Assembly (NCBI GenBank): GCA_903875045.1
Contig: CAIQUS010000175.1
Coordinates: 10,409-74,408, forward strand
Direction of reading: 5' to 3'
Length of the DNA: 64,000 nt
From: an uncultured Bacteroidales bacterium
Lineage (GTDB): Bacteria > Bacteroidota > Bacteroidia > Bacteroidales > FEN-979
Part shown: positions 16,114-25,878 of the stretch, piece after piece
How positions within the stretch are numbered: the stretch's first letter is position 1
Layout of the letters: each line of letters starts with the position of its first letter
The notes under the pieces: generated by a model
The model's input: the letters and a program-made list of their open reading frames with translations, nothing else
Told to the model about the DNA's origin: nothing
Databases searched by the model: none
Made by a program: the position numbers and the translations under genes

Positions 16114-18582
16114 ATGAAAGAGGAACCAAAAAGAAAAAACAAAAAGACTGAAAATTTAATTGAGATTCAGTTTATTGACCTTTTTAACCTTGAAAAGGTC
16201 CAGCAGATGCAGGATCTTTTTGCAGATGCTACGGGTGTGGCTTCAATCATAACGCATCCCGATGGTACGCCTATTACGAAACCCAGCAATTTTTGCAGGC
16301 TTTGCAAGGATATCATCCGAAAAACTGAAAAAGGGCTTGCAAACTGTTATCATTCTGATGCAGTGCTTGGTAGTCACAGTAATAGCAAACCTGCGGTTCT
16401 GCCTTGTCTGAGCGGAGAATTATGGGACGCCGGAGCACAAATTACTGTTGGTGATAAGCATATTGCAAACTGGTTAATCGGGCAGGTCAGGAATGAGGCC
16501 TTGGATGAACAGCGTGTTATTCAGTATGCCGATGAAATCGGGGTCAATCAGGATGATTTTTTGGCAGCGCTGCGCGAAGTCCCGGTAATGCCGGTTGATC
16601 AGTTTGAAAAAGTATCGAAATTGCTTTTTTCTTTGGCAATGGAATTTTCTGAAAAAGCACTCAGTAATCTTCAATTGAAATTACAGACGGATGAACAAGA
16701 AAAGGCCAAAGAGACGATCCGTGAAATTGAATGGTTTAACAAGCGTATCATTGAAACAGCCAATGAAGGAATCTGGGTTCTGGATACAGATTACAATACA
16801 ACCTTCCTGAATGCCAAAATGGCTGGAATGCTTGGATATTCGATTGAAGAGGTAATGGCCATGAAAATGACTGAATTTATTTTCCCCGACGATCATCTGG
16901 ATCATCTTGAAAAAAGGGCTCAGCGTGTTGCAGGGAAACCTGGTTTTTATGAGCGTAAGTTTAAACAAAAAAATGGCTCGGCAATATGGACACTTGTATC
17001 ATCTACACCAATCATTGATGAGGATGGCACTTTTATCGGTTCCTTCGGCATGATCCTGGACATCAACGAACGCAAGAAGGCAGATGAAGAACTTCTGGAA
17101 AGGAAAATCAAGTACAGGGGATTGAGTGAAGCAGCTTTTGAAGCGATTTTTTTCTCCGAAAAGGGCATTTGCATTGAACAGAACCAAACTGCAGAAAGGA
17201 TGTTTGGTTATACTTCTGAGGAAGCCATTGGCAGGTATGGAACTGACTGGATAGTACCTGAAGACAGGGCCATGGTCATGGAAAATATGGTGCGAGGCTT
17301 CGAGGAACCTTATGAAGCAACCGCATTAAAAAAAGATGGCACCACGTTCCCTTGCATGTTACGTGGCAAGATGATGCATTACAAAGGGAAAAATGTCCGG
17401 GTTACATCGTTAAACGATATTACCGTTCGCAAACAAACGGAGATTGCGCTCAAGGAGAGCGAGGCACGATTCAGAAACCTGTTGGAAGAGGTAGAATCTG
17501 TCTCCATTCAGGGGTATGGGCCTGATGGTACCACACAATACTGGAACCAGGCTTCGGAGCATTTGTATGGATACACAGCAGAAGAGGCAATCGGAAACAA
17601 CCTCCTTGACCTCATCATACCACCAGAATTACGCGGGGATGTTAAGCAGGCAATCCAGTGGATGGCTGAAACCGGTAAGTCGGTTCCTTCATCGGAATTA
17701 TCTCTGATGCGCAAGGATGGTTCTCGTGTCCCGGTTTTCTCCCACCACACCATCATTAAACTACCCGGCAGGAAGCAGGAATTATTCTGCATTGACATGG
17801 ACCTTACCGAGCGAAAAAAGTCAGAAAACGAGATCCATCAATTGAACCTGGAATTGGATCAACGTGTCATTCAACGCACTGCACAGCTGGAATCTGCCAT
17901 CAGGGAACTTGAATCTTTTTCCTATTCCGTGTCACATGATTTGAAAGCGCCATTGAGGCACATCAACGGATTTCTGAAACTCTTTCTTGAAAACATTTCA
18001 GTCGAACTGACCAGGGAAGAACTTGGGTATTTGAATAAGGTGACTGTTGCAGCAATTGAAATGGAACACCTGATTGATGCAATACTTTCATTTTCAAGAC
18101 TAAATACCACAGAGTTACGAAAAACAACCATTCATTCAACCTTGCTGGTTAAACAGGTAGTCAAATTCTTCGAACAGGAAACATCACAACGAATAATTGC
18201 CTTCAACATCGCCCCCCTGCCCGATATTATGGGCGATGAAGGGATGATCCGGCAAGTATGGACAAACCTGATATCAAATGCAATAAAGTATACAGGTAAA
18301 CTTTCCGAAGCCGTCATTGACATTGGCAGTGAAACTTTGGATGACAAAACAACTTTTTTTATCAAAGATAACGGAGCAGGGTTCAACATGAAATATGCTG
18401 ATAAACTTTTCGGGGCATTCAAAAGACTGCATTCAGCAAGGGAATTCGAAGGTATAGGGATCGGGTTGGCCAATGTTAACCGGATTGTCAGGCGCCACGG
18501 AGGGCACTGCCATGCCACAGGCGAACAGGGTAACGGGGCTACTTTTTATTTTTCAATACCAAACCAACCACCTAATACCTGA
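16114..18582 (+). CDS. sensor histidine kinase: PocR - PAS x3 - HisKA/HATPase (class-A transmitter)
   Basis: The N-terminal ~170 aa are a close paralog of the PocR domain in the preceding gene, with the same four Cys. Three PAS modules follow, then the H-box FSYSVSHDLKAPLRHINGF. Confidence 0.9.
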   Translation: MKEEPKRKNKKTENLIEIQFIDLFNLEKVQQMQDLFADATGVASIITHPDGTPITKPSNFCRLCKDIIRKTEKGLANCYHSDAVLGSHSNSKPAVLPCLSGELWDAGAQITVGDKHIANWLIGQVRNEALDEQRVIQYADEIGVNQDDFLAALREVPVMPVDQFEKVSKLLFSLAMEFSEKALSNLQLKLQTDEQEKAKETIREIEWFNKRIIETANEGIWVLDTDYNTTFLNAKMAGMLGYSIEEVMAMKMTEFIFPDDHLDHLEKRAQRVAGKPGFYERKFKQKNGSAIWTLVSSTPIIDEDGTFIGSFGMILDINERKKADEELLERKIKYRGLSEAAFEAIFFSEKGICIEQNQTAERMFGYTSEEAIGRYGTDWIVPEDRAMVMENMVRGFEEPYEATALKKDGTTFPCMLRGKMMHYKGKNVRVTSLNDITVRKQTEIALKESEARFRNLLEEVESVSIQGYGPDGTTQYWNQASEHLYGYTAEEAIGNNLLDLIIPPELRGDVKQAIQWMAETGKSVPSSELSLMRKDGSRVPVFSHHTIIKLPGRKQELFCIDMDLTERKKSENEIHQLNLELDQRVIQRTAQLESAIRELESFSYSVSHDLKAPLRHINGFLKLFLENISVELTREELGYLNKVTVAAIEMEHLIDAILSFSRLNTTELRKTTIHSTLLVKQVVKFFEQETSQRIIAFNIAPLPDIMGDEGMIRQVWTNLISNAIKYTGKLSEAVIDIGSETLDDKTTFFIKDNGAGFNMKYADKLFGAFKRLHSAREFEGIGIGLANVNRIVRRHGGHCHATGEQGNGATFYFSIPNQPPNT

Positions 18583-18589
18583 TAAAAAA

Positions 18590-19240
18590 ATGCCAATGAT
18601 CGATAATAAACTTTTTTTAACCTATCAATCCAGTCTGCTTTCTGGCTCCCGATCGGGCTGCACTCAGATTGTGAACGGTCTGATCAAGTCGGAAATATCA
18701 ATCAAAGAACTGTATATCAATCTTTTTCAGCGTTCGATGTACGAAGTGGGAACCCTTTGGGAACAAAACAAAATATCCGTAGCAACAGAACACCTGTGTA
18801 CATCGGTTACCGAATACCTGATCAGTCTGTGCTACCCTTCGATTTTCTCGGCGGAACATACCGGTAAAAAAGCTATCATAACTTGTACGCCAGGCGAATA
18901 TCATCAGATCGGTGCACGAATGGTAGCCGACTATTTCGAACTTCATGGATGGGATGGCTATTATTTAGGGGCAGATACGCCTGCAGATGAACTGATCAAG
19001 TTTACAACTGAAAAACTCCCAGACCTGATGGCCATTTCCATCAGTGTTTCATTCAACCATGCCAACCTGCTCCGGCTGGTTGATAAAATACGGCATACCT
19101 TTCCCGACCTGACCATTTTGGTTGGCGGACAGGGATTCAGATGGGGAGGCGACGAGGCGTTCCAATCTTTGGAAAATATTTATCTCATCAGGTCCCTCGA
19201 TGAACTTGAAACGAAATTCTTAAATCCCCAGGCAACATGA
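18590..19240 (+). CDS. stand-alone cobalamin (B12)-binding domain protein, CarH/AerR-like
   Basis: Four-helix-bundle motif W-x9-E-H (LWEQNKISVATEHL, nt 18758-18793). Rossmann-type B12 motif E-x-H-x-x-G (GEYHQIGARMV, nt 18896-18913). Start at MPMIDNK (18590), 7 nt after the previous stop. Confidence 0.8.
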   Translation: MPMIDNKLFLTYQSSLLSGSRSGCTQIVNGLIKSEISIKELYINLFQRSMYEVGTLWEQNKISVATEHLCTSVTEYLISLCYPSIFSAEHTGKKAIITCTPGEYHQIGARMVADYFELHGWDGYYLGADTPADELIKFTTEKLPDLMAISISVSFNHANLLRLVDKIRHTFPDLTILVGGQGFRWGGDEAFQSLENIYLIRSLDELETKFLNPQAT

Positions 19241-20358
19241 TGCCCGAAACCTCCCCTATCCTTGCCGACTACATCATGCGCGATTCTACCATGGTTTTCC
19301 TTATCATTGGTAAAGAAGGGAACATTTTGGAATCCAACAATTTTACTGATGCACTTGTTGGTAAGAAGTTAAAAGGCCTTGCATTAAATGAGCTTTTTAT
19401 TGATTTCGGCAAGGCTCTTGACCTGGATCAGCTCTTGAAAGAATCCACTGAAAAAACACTTGTGAACCTTTCTACAGCAGCAAATCTTCCTGAAACGTAT
19501 TACTTCCGGTTTTACGATCTTGGCAACACCATACTAGCTCTGGGTGAAGCCAATAATTATGAGATCGGGCTTTTGCGCAAAAGCATGTTGGAGTTAAACC
19601 AGGAACTGAACAACCTTACCCGGGAACTTCAAAAAAAGAATGCAGAGTTAAAGAAACTCAACGAACTGAAAAACCAATTCCTTGGTATTGCTGCGCATGA
19701 TCTGAGGAATCCGATCGGGATCATCATGGGTTATAGTGATTTTCTTTTGGAAGAATTGATCGAAGAACTTACGCCTGATCAGATTGTAATGCTGGAAACC
19801 ATTCAGAATACAAGTGAGTTTATGCTGCATTTACTGAATGAACTCTTAGACCTCAGCGCCATTGAATCGGGTAAACTGAGATTAGAAAAACAAAAATCAG
19901 ACATTTCAGCCCTGATCAGGAAAAATATCACCATCAATGGTGTTATCGCGGCAAAAAAGAATATTCAAATTCAGATGCAGTCTTTTGAATCCATTCCCGA
20001 TGTATTGTTTGATGAAAACAAAATCGAACAGATACTTAACAACTTGATTAGCAATGCTATAAAATTTTCATTGGCTGGTACGACGGTCAGAGTAAATCTC
20101 TTTTTAACCGGCGACCATGTTACCGTGGCGGTGGCCGATCAGGGCCAGGGTATCCCGCCTCACGAAATTGACAGGTTATTTAAACCATTTCAGGTTACCA
20201 GCGTAAAAAGTACAGGGGGTGAAAAATCAACCGGACTGGGGCTGTCGATCGTACGGAATATTATCCTGGGGCATGGTGGTAAGATATGGGTTGAGAGCAA
20301 GGTCGGTGTCGGGTCGACGTTTTACTTTTCACTCCCCCTCCTGCGACCTAGCCCGTAA
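19237..20358 (+). CDS. histidine kinase with degenerate PAS-like N-terminal domain, translationally coupled to the B12-binding protein
   Basis: Its ATG overlaps the upstream stop (ATGA). H-box FLGIAAHDLRNPIG, N-box NLISNAIKFS, G-boxes DQGQGI and GLGLSIV. Confidence 0.9.
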   Translation: MMPETSPILADYIMRDSTMVFLIIGKEGNILESNNFTDALVGKKLKGLALNELFIDFGKALDLDQLLKESTEKTLVNLSTAANLPETYYFRFYDLGNTILALGEANNYEIGLLRKSMLELNQELNNLTRELQKKNAELKKLNELKNQFLGIAAHDLRNPIGIIMGYSDFLLEELIEELTPDQIVMLETIQNTSEFMLHLLNELLDLSAIESGKLRLEKQKSDISALIRKNITINGVIAAKKNIQIQMQSFESIPDVLFDENKIEQILNNLISNAIKFSLAGTTVRVNLFLTGDHVTVAVADQGQGIPPHEIDRLFKPFQVTSVKSTGGEKSTGLGLSIVRNIILGHGGKIWVESKVGVGSTFYFSLPLLRPSP

Positions 20359-20422
20359 CCGACTTTGGAGAGTTTTGACAAAGAATAAAACCTAAAATCC
20401 GGACCCAAAAACAGTTGAAATT

Positions 20423-20866
20423 ATGACAAAAGATGATTTAATTTTAAAAGCTGAGGCGCTAAGGCAGCCATCGGATCTATCGGCAAAAGAATTTAACGAA
20501 AAAGGTCAGTTTCTGGCTGCAGAAATGAACCGGCTGATGCTTACACGAACTGACCTTGATAACCTGATCGGTCAGGGCAATATCACAATGATGGAGGATA
20601 ACCACCGGAACCATGCCCGGTTCATGTCATCTGTATTTATCTGTTTCCAACCCGATGTTCTTGTTGAAACAGTACTTTGGGTATACAGGGCCTACCGTGC
20701 CCATGGATTTCACCTCACCTATTGGCCTGCTCAGCTCGATCAATGGGTTGAACTTTTGAAGGTACAGCTGTCACCTGAAACGTTTCAGGAAATTTACCCT
20801 TTCTATCATTGGATGATCATCCACCAGTCGGCATTTGTAAATGAAAGCGATAAAATGAGAGGTTAA
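20423..20866 (+). CDS. hypothetical all-alpha His/Trp-rich protein
   Basis: 147-aa ORF in the same transcriptional direction, with small gaps on both sides. I recognise no family. Notable segments are MEDNHRNHARFM, YRAYRAHGFHLTYWP and FYHWMIIHQ. Confidence 0.6.
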   Translation: MTKDDLILKAEALRQPSDLSAKEFNEKGQFLAAEMNRLMLTRTDLDNLIGQGNITMMEDNHRNHARFMSSVFICFQPDVLVETVLWVYRAYRAHGFHLTYWPAQLDQWVELLKVQLSPETFQEIYPFYHWMIIHQSAFVNESDKMRG

Positions 20867-20893
20867 GCAGAAAAGTGTGCTATAAAATGGATT

Positions 20894-23521
20894 ATGGAGA
20901 GTAAAAAGAAAAAGATACTGATTATTGATGATAACAAGGATAACCATGTTGTGCTGAAAGCATTGCTAAACGAGTCGTTCCCCGATATTTCGATCCTGTC
21001 CGCTTTATCTGGTGCAGTTGGCCTTGAACTGGCAGCTTCTGACGACCCTGATGTGATCCTGCTCGATATTATCATGCCTGGCATGGATGGTTTTGAAGTT
21101 TGTCAAAGATTGAAAAATGACAAAAACCTCGGCGATATCCCGGTCGTTTTTGTAACTTCACTGATGGGTGAAAAGGAAACCCGGATTCGTGCCCTGGAAG
21201 TTGGTGCCGAAGCCTTCCTGACCAAACCCGTCGATGAAATTGAACTTACTGCCCAGATCCGTGCCATGTTGAAGATCAAAGCGGCCAACCTTGAAAAACG
21301 TGATGAAAAAAGAAAGCTTGTTTCGGTGGTGGAGGAACAGCTCCTTGAGATAAAATCAACTCAAATTGCCACCCTGAACATGCTCGAAGATGTGACCAGG
21401 GAAAATGAGGCTCGTAAGAAAAGTGAGGAAGCCTTATCCAAAAGCGAAGAAAAATACAGGACCATTTTTGAAAATGTTCAGGATGTATTTTATCAAACCA
21501 ATCTCGAGGGTGCAATTATTGACATCAGCCCGTCTATTTTTTATTTCTCTCAATATACACGGGAGGAACTGATCGGTGCCCCTGTATTCACCTTGTATTT
21601 CAACCGCAGTGACAGGCAAAACCTTATCAATACTATTTTTAAAAATGGCGAGTTAAGAGATTATGAATTAAAGTTTAAGAAAAAAAACGGTGAGATAAAC
21701 TATGTTTCAATCAATGCCCGGTTGATTTACGATGCCAATGGAAAACCAACCCATATTGATGGGGCCATCAGGGATATCCATTTTCGTAAACTGGCAGGAA
21801 ATCGCATGGATATTTCTTCGCGAATCCTGAATTCACTGAATACTTCCTCGATCCTCTCTCATACCATCAAACTCACCATCGACCTTATTCAAAATGAAAC
21901 CGGGTGTGATGCTATTGGAATCCGGTTAAAAAATGGTACCGATTTTCCTTTTTATATCCAGAGTGGTTTCAGTGATGATTTTCTTCGTACCGAAAATACC
22001 CTTCTCGGAAAAACAGAAGCTGGTACAGTATGCCTCGATAACAACGGCAACCCTTGTCTCGAATGTACCTGCGGCCTCGTTATTTCTGATCAAAAAAACA
22101 CCTCAAATCCTTTGTTTACCGAAGGTGGGAGTTTCTTTACAAACTACTCACCTGTATTATTGGATCTTACTGGCTCTGATGAACCCAGACATCACCCCCG
22201 CAACCTTTGTATTCATGAAGGCTTTCTATCATTTGCCCTTATTCCGATTCGTGCGAAAGGGGAAATTGTCGGACTGATGCAGCTGAATGACCGGAAAAAA
22301 GATTGCTTTACCACCGACATGATCCAGTTCCTTGAGAGCATTGGCGAAATTATCGGTGTTGCAGTGATGCGACGACACGCCGAAGAAGCGCTTGAAAGAA
22401 GCCACAAACTGCTTTTTAATCTTTCTGAACAGGTACCGGGCGTAATTTATCAATACAGGCTTTACCCCGATGGACACTCCTGCTTCCCCTATTCGAGTTC
22501 GGGTATGAACGAAATTTATGAAGTGACCCCCGAGGAGGTACGTGAGGATGCGACAGCTGTATTTGGAATGATACATCCCGATGACCACTCTCGTGTTTCT
22601 GAATTAATTTATGAATCAGCCCGTACACTGAAACATTTCGATTGCGAGTACCGTGTCATTCTGCCACGGCAGGGATTGCGCTGGCGGTATAGCGATGCAC
22701 TGCCCCAACGGATGGAGGATAACAGCACACTCTGGCATGGAATTATTTATGACATCACTGCCAGAAAAGAGGTGGAAAAAGAGTTGCTGGAGTTAAACAA
22801 CGATTTGGATAAACGTGTAAACCAGCGCACTGCTGAACTTGAAGCTGCAAATAAAGACCTGGAAGCTTTTTCATACTCTGTTTCCCATGATCTCAAAGCG
22901 CCTTTGAGGCACATCAATGGATTTATCGGGCTCTTTCTTGAGAATAAAACAACAGAATTCACGGAAGAAGAATTGGGATACCTGAAAAAAATTACGGATG
23001 CAGCAGGCGAAATGGCGCACCTGATCGACGCGTTACTTTCATTTTCAAGGCTGAACCTGGCCGAATTGCACAAGGCCAGGATCAATACACCAGAAATGGT
23101 CAGACAGGTTATCAATTTTTTTGAACCGGAAATGCAAAACAGAAAAATCACATTCAATTTGGGAACACTTCCTGAAATAAAAGGGGATGAAGAACTAATG
23201 CATCTGGTTTGGACCAACCTGATTGCAAATGCCATTAAATATACCAGTAAAAAACCTGAAGCAGTTATCGATATTGGCAGTATGTCAACCGATAAGGAAA
23301 CTACCTTTTACATCAGGGATAACGGGGCTGGATTTAATATGAAGTATGCCTCCAAATTATTCGGGGTCTTTCAGAGGCTTCATAAATCAAGGGATTTCGA
23401 TGGCGTTGGAATTGGATTGGCCAATGTGAGCAGGATTGTCAGGCGGCATGGGGGACAGTGTCGTGCAGAAGGGGAACCGGATAAGGGGGCAACTTTTTAC
23501 TTTAGCATTCCCTCATCATAA
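20894..23521 (+). CDS. receiver-PAS-GAF-PAS histidine kinase (class-A transmitter)
   Basis: N-terminal REC (IIDDNKDN...LLDIIMPGMDG...FLTKP). PAS (KYRTIFENVQDVFYQT). GAF with the Cys cluster CLDNNGNPCLECTCG. A second PAS. H-box FSYSVSHDLKAPLRHINGF. Confidence 0.9.
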   Translation: MESKKKKILIIDDNKDNHVVLKALLNESFPDISILSALSGAVGLELAASDDPDVILLDIIMPGMDGFEVCQRLKNDKNLGDIPVVFVTSLMGEKETRIRALEVGAEAFLTKPVDEIELTAQIRAMLKIKAANLEKRDEKRKLVSVVEEQLLEIKSTQIATLNMLEDVTRENEARKKSEEALSKSEEKYRTIFENVQDVFYQTNLEGAIIDISPSIFYFSQYTREELIGAPVFTLYFNRSDRQNLINTIFKNGELRDYELKFKKKNGEINYVSINARLIYDANGKPTHIDGAIRDIHFRKLAGNRMDISSRILNSLNTSSILSHTIKLTIDLIQNETGCDAIGIRLKNGTDFPFYIQSGFSDDFLRTENTLLGKTEAGTVCLDNNGNPCLECTCGLVISDQKNTSNPLFTEGGSFFTNYSPVLLDLTGSDEPRHHPRNLCIHEGFLSFALIPIRAKGEIVGLMQLNDRKKDCFTTDMIQFLESIGEIIGVAVMRRHAEEALERSHKLLFNLSEQVPGVIYQYRLYPDGHSCFPYSSSGMNEIYEVTPEEVREDATAVFGMIHPDDHSRVSELIYESARTLKHFDCEYRVILPRQGLRWRYSDALPQRMEDNSTLWHGIIYDITARKEVEKELLELNNDLDKRVNQRTAELEAANKDLEAFSYSVSHDLKAPLRHINGFIGLFLENKTTEFTEEELGYLKKITDAAGEMAHLIDALLSFSRLNLAELHKARINTPEMVRQVINFFEPEMQNRKITFNLGTLPEIKGDEELMHLVWTNLIANAIKYTSKKPEAVIDIGSMSTDKETTFYIRDNGAGFNMKYASKLFGVFQRLHKSRDFDGVGIGLANVSRIVRRHGGQCRAEGEPDKGATFYFSIPSS

Positions 23522-23582
23522 ATGGGAAGCATTTGACAGGCAAATAAAACTTATAAATAATTCACTACTATTAAATATTCAA

Positions 23583-25874
23583 ATGGAAAACAGGATAAGC
23601 ATTCTTCACCTCGAAGATCAGGAGGCAGACTCGATTCTGATAAAATCGTTAATCAGCAAATGGTTCAATTCTTTTGACTATTATTTTGTTGATGATGAAG
23701 ACAGTTTCATGAAAGCGCTTGAGGAGAAAAAGATTGATGTTATATTATCTGATTTTGAACTCCCGGATTATTCGGGATCAGATGCACTTCTTCTTGTAAA
23801 AAAACAGTACCCGCATATTCCGTTTATATTCGTTACAGGCAAAATGGGAGAAGACTCTGCGATTGAATCACTTCTGAATGGTGCCACGGATTATGTGATG
23901 AAATCTAAACCGGAACGCCTTGTACCAGCCATTAAACGTGTACTCTACGAAGCGGAATTGCTGAAAGACCGTATTGCTTCTGACAAAGCATTGCGCGACA
24001 GTGAAGAAAAATATCGCAACCTGGTTGAAAATATCAGCGATGTCATTTTTGAAGTCGACAGTCAATGGAAAATTCAATATATTAGTCCGGTAATAGAGAA
24101 AATTATTGGCTTTACACCAAAAGAGTTAACCGGCAACTCTTTTATCAATTTCGTATACGATCGTGATACGCCAACGCTCACTGATCTATTTTCTGAACTT
24201 CACCATAAGGTTGAAGCAGCGCACGAACACAGGTGCATGACCAAAACCGGGGATATTTGCTGGGTGCGTACCTCCATCAAAGGAATTTTTGAAGGTGACA
24301 CATTTATTGGCGGCAGCGGTACATTAATTGACATTACCAAACGGAAGCAGGATGAGGAGGCTCTTTTTAAGGAACAATACCTCATGGAAATTCTGATGAA
24401 CATCATCCCCGACCATCTCTATTTTAAAGACATTGACAGCAAATTTATCAGGATCAGTAAATCCAATAATTCCTCCTTTCATCTGAATGACGCATCAGAA
24501 GCCATTGGTAAAACCGACTATGATTTTTTCACGGAAGAACATGCGCGGACTGCATACGAGGATGAACAGGAAATCATCAGAACCGGGAAACCAATCATCA
24601 AGGAGGAAAGGGAAACTTGGGTCAATGGTCCCGACACGTGGGTTTTTACAACAAAACTGCCCCTGCGCGACCGCGAAGGGAACATTGTGGGCACTTTTGG
24701 TATTTCCAGGGATATAACAGAACGTAAACGGTTTGAAGAGGAACTGCTTAAAGCAAAAGAGAGAGCTGAAGCCAGCGACCGGCTTAAAACCGCATTTATG
24801 CGCAACATCTCCCACGAAATCCGTACACCCCTGAATGGGATTCTGGGATTTGGACAATTGGTTTCAGAACCCAATATTTCGCACTCCGACAAAGAAGAGT
24901 TCCTCATGATGCTGAATGAGAGTTGCGACAGGCTTATCAATACGGTGACCAACATCATGGATACCTCACTCATCGTATCCGGTAACCAGGATGTACAAAA
25001 GAAGAATGTTTCGCTGGTTGGTATGCTCGATGAACTCTATAACAAATTCAATCACCGCTGTGTACAGAAAAAAATAGTCCTGTCGGTACAAAAGCAACCG
25101 GTTCCGGATGATTTCCTTATAAAATCAGACCCGGAACTTTTAAACAAAGTGATGAACCACCTCATCGACAATGCCATTAAATACACCAAGGCTGGTTTCA
25201 TTGAATTCGGCAGCCGCATTGCGGAAAAAGATGTAGTTCTTTTTGTAAAGGATTCAGGAATAGGGATAAGTGTCAGCGAACAACAACGTATTTTCGAGCA
25301 CTTCAGCCAGGGAGATGTTTCGAATACCCGCGATCATGAAGGCAGCGGGCTTGGTCTTTCTATTGCAAAAGGACTGGTGGAACTGCTTGGTGGACGTATT
25401 TGGGTCGAATCGGTGAAGGGCGAAGGATCATCGTTTTTCGTCACAATCCCCATGGAAGATACCGAAACGGAGAACCTTGTTACTCCGCTGAAAAGCATCG
25501 AAAAATCTGACAAACCACTTATCCTGATTGCAGATGACGAAGAAACAAACTGTATGTTGCTGGAACGGATTCTCAGAAAGGAGGGAATTGATGTTGTTGT
25601 TGTAACCGATGGTCAGCAAGCAGTGGAAGCCTGCAGGCAAAACGAGGCGATATCCATGGTGCTTATGGATCTTAAAATGCCCGTCATGGACGGTTTTGAA
25701 GCAACCAAAATCATTAAAGGTTTTAACCCTGATTTGCCTGTAATTGCACTTTCGGCATTTGCACTCAGCGGGGATGAAAAACGCGCACTGGCAGCCGGTT
25801 GCAACGATTATATGACGAAACCATTGCGTAAGGATTTGCTGTTGCGTAAACTATTGCAATATGGGGTACATTGA
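23583..25874 (+). CDS. hybrid histidine kinase: REC - PAS - PAS - HisKA/HATPase - REC
   Basis: Start at MENRISILHLEDQEAD (23583); the track ORF's N-terminal extension overlaps the previous gene. H-box [15 protein letters not shown]-terminal REC (LIADDEETN...LMDLKMPVMDG...MTKP). Confidence 0.9.
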   Translation: MENRISILHLEDQEADSILIKSLISKWFNSFDYYFVDDEDSFMKALEEKKIDVILSDFELPDYSGSDALLLVKKQYPHIPFIFVTGKMGEDSAIESLLNGATDYVMKSKPERLVPAIKRVLYEAELLKDRIASDKALRDSEEKYRNLVENISDVIFEVDSQWKIQYISPVIEKIIGFTPKELTGNSFINFVYDRDTPTLTDLFSELHHKVEAAHEHRCMTKTGDICWVRTSIKGIFEGDTFIGGSGTLIDITKRKQDEEALFKEQYLMEILMNIIPDHLYFKDIDSKFIRISKSNNSSFHLNDASEAIGKTDYDFFTEEHARTAYEDEQEIIRTGKPIIKEERETWVNGPDTWVFTTKLPLRDREGNIVGTFGISRDITERKRFEEELLKAKERAEASDRLKTAFMRNISHEIRTPLNGILGFGQLVSEPNISHSDKEEFLMMLNESCDRLINTVTNIMDTSLIVSGNQDVQKKNVSLVGMLDELYNKFNHRCVQKKIVLSVQKQPVPDDFLIKSDPELLNKVMNHLIDNAIKYTKAGFIEFGSRIAEKDVVLFVKDSGIGISVSEQQRIFEHFSQGDVSNTRDHEGSGLGLSIAKGLVELLGGRIWVESVKGEGSSFFVTIPMEDTETENLVTPLKSIEKSDKPLILIADDEETNCMLLERILRKEGIDVVVVTDGQQAVEACRQNEAISMVLMDLKMPVMDGFEATKIIKGFNPDLPVIALSAFALSGDEKRALAAGCNDYMTKPLRKDLLLRKLLQYGVH

Positions 25875-25878
25875 AAAA

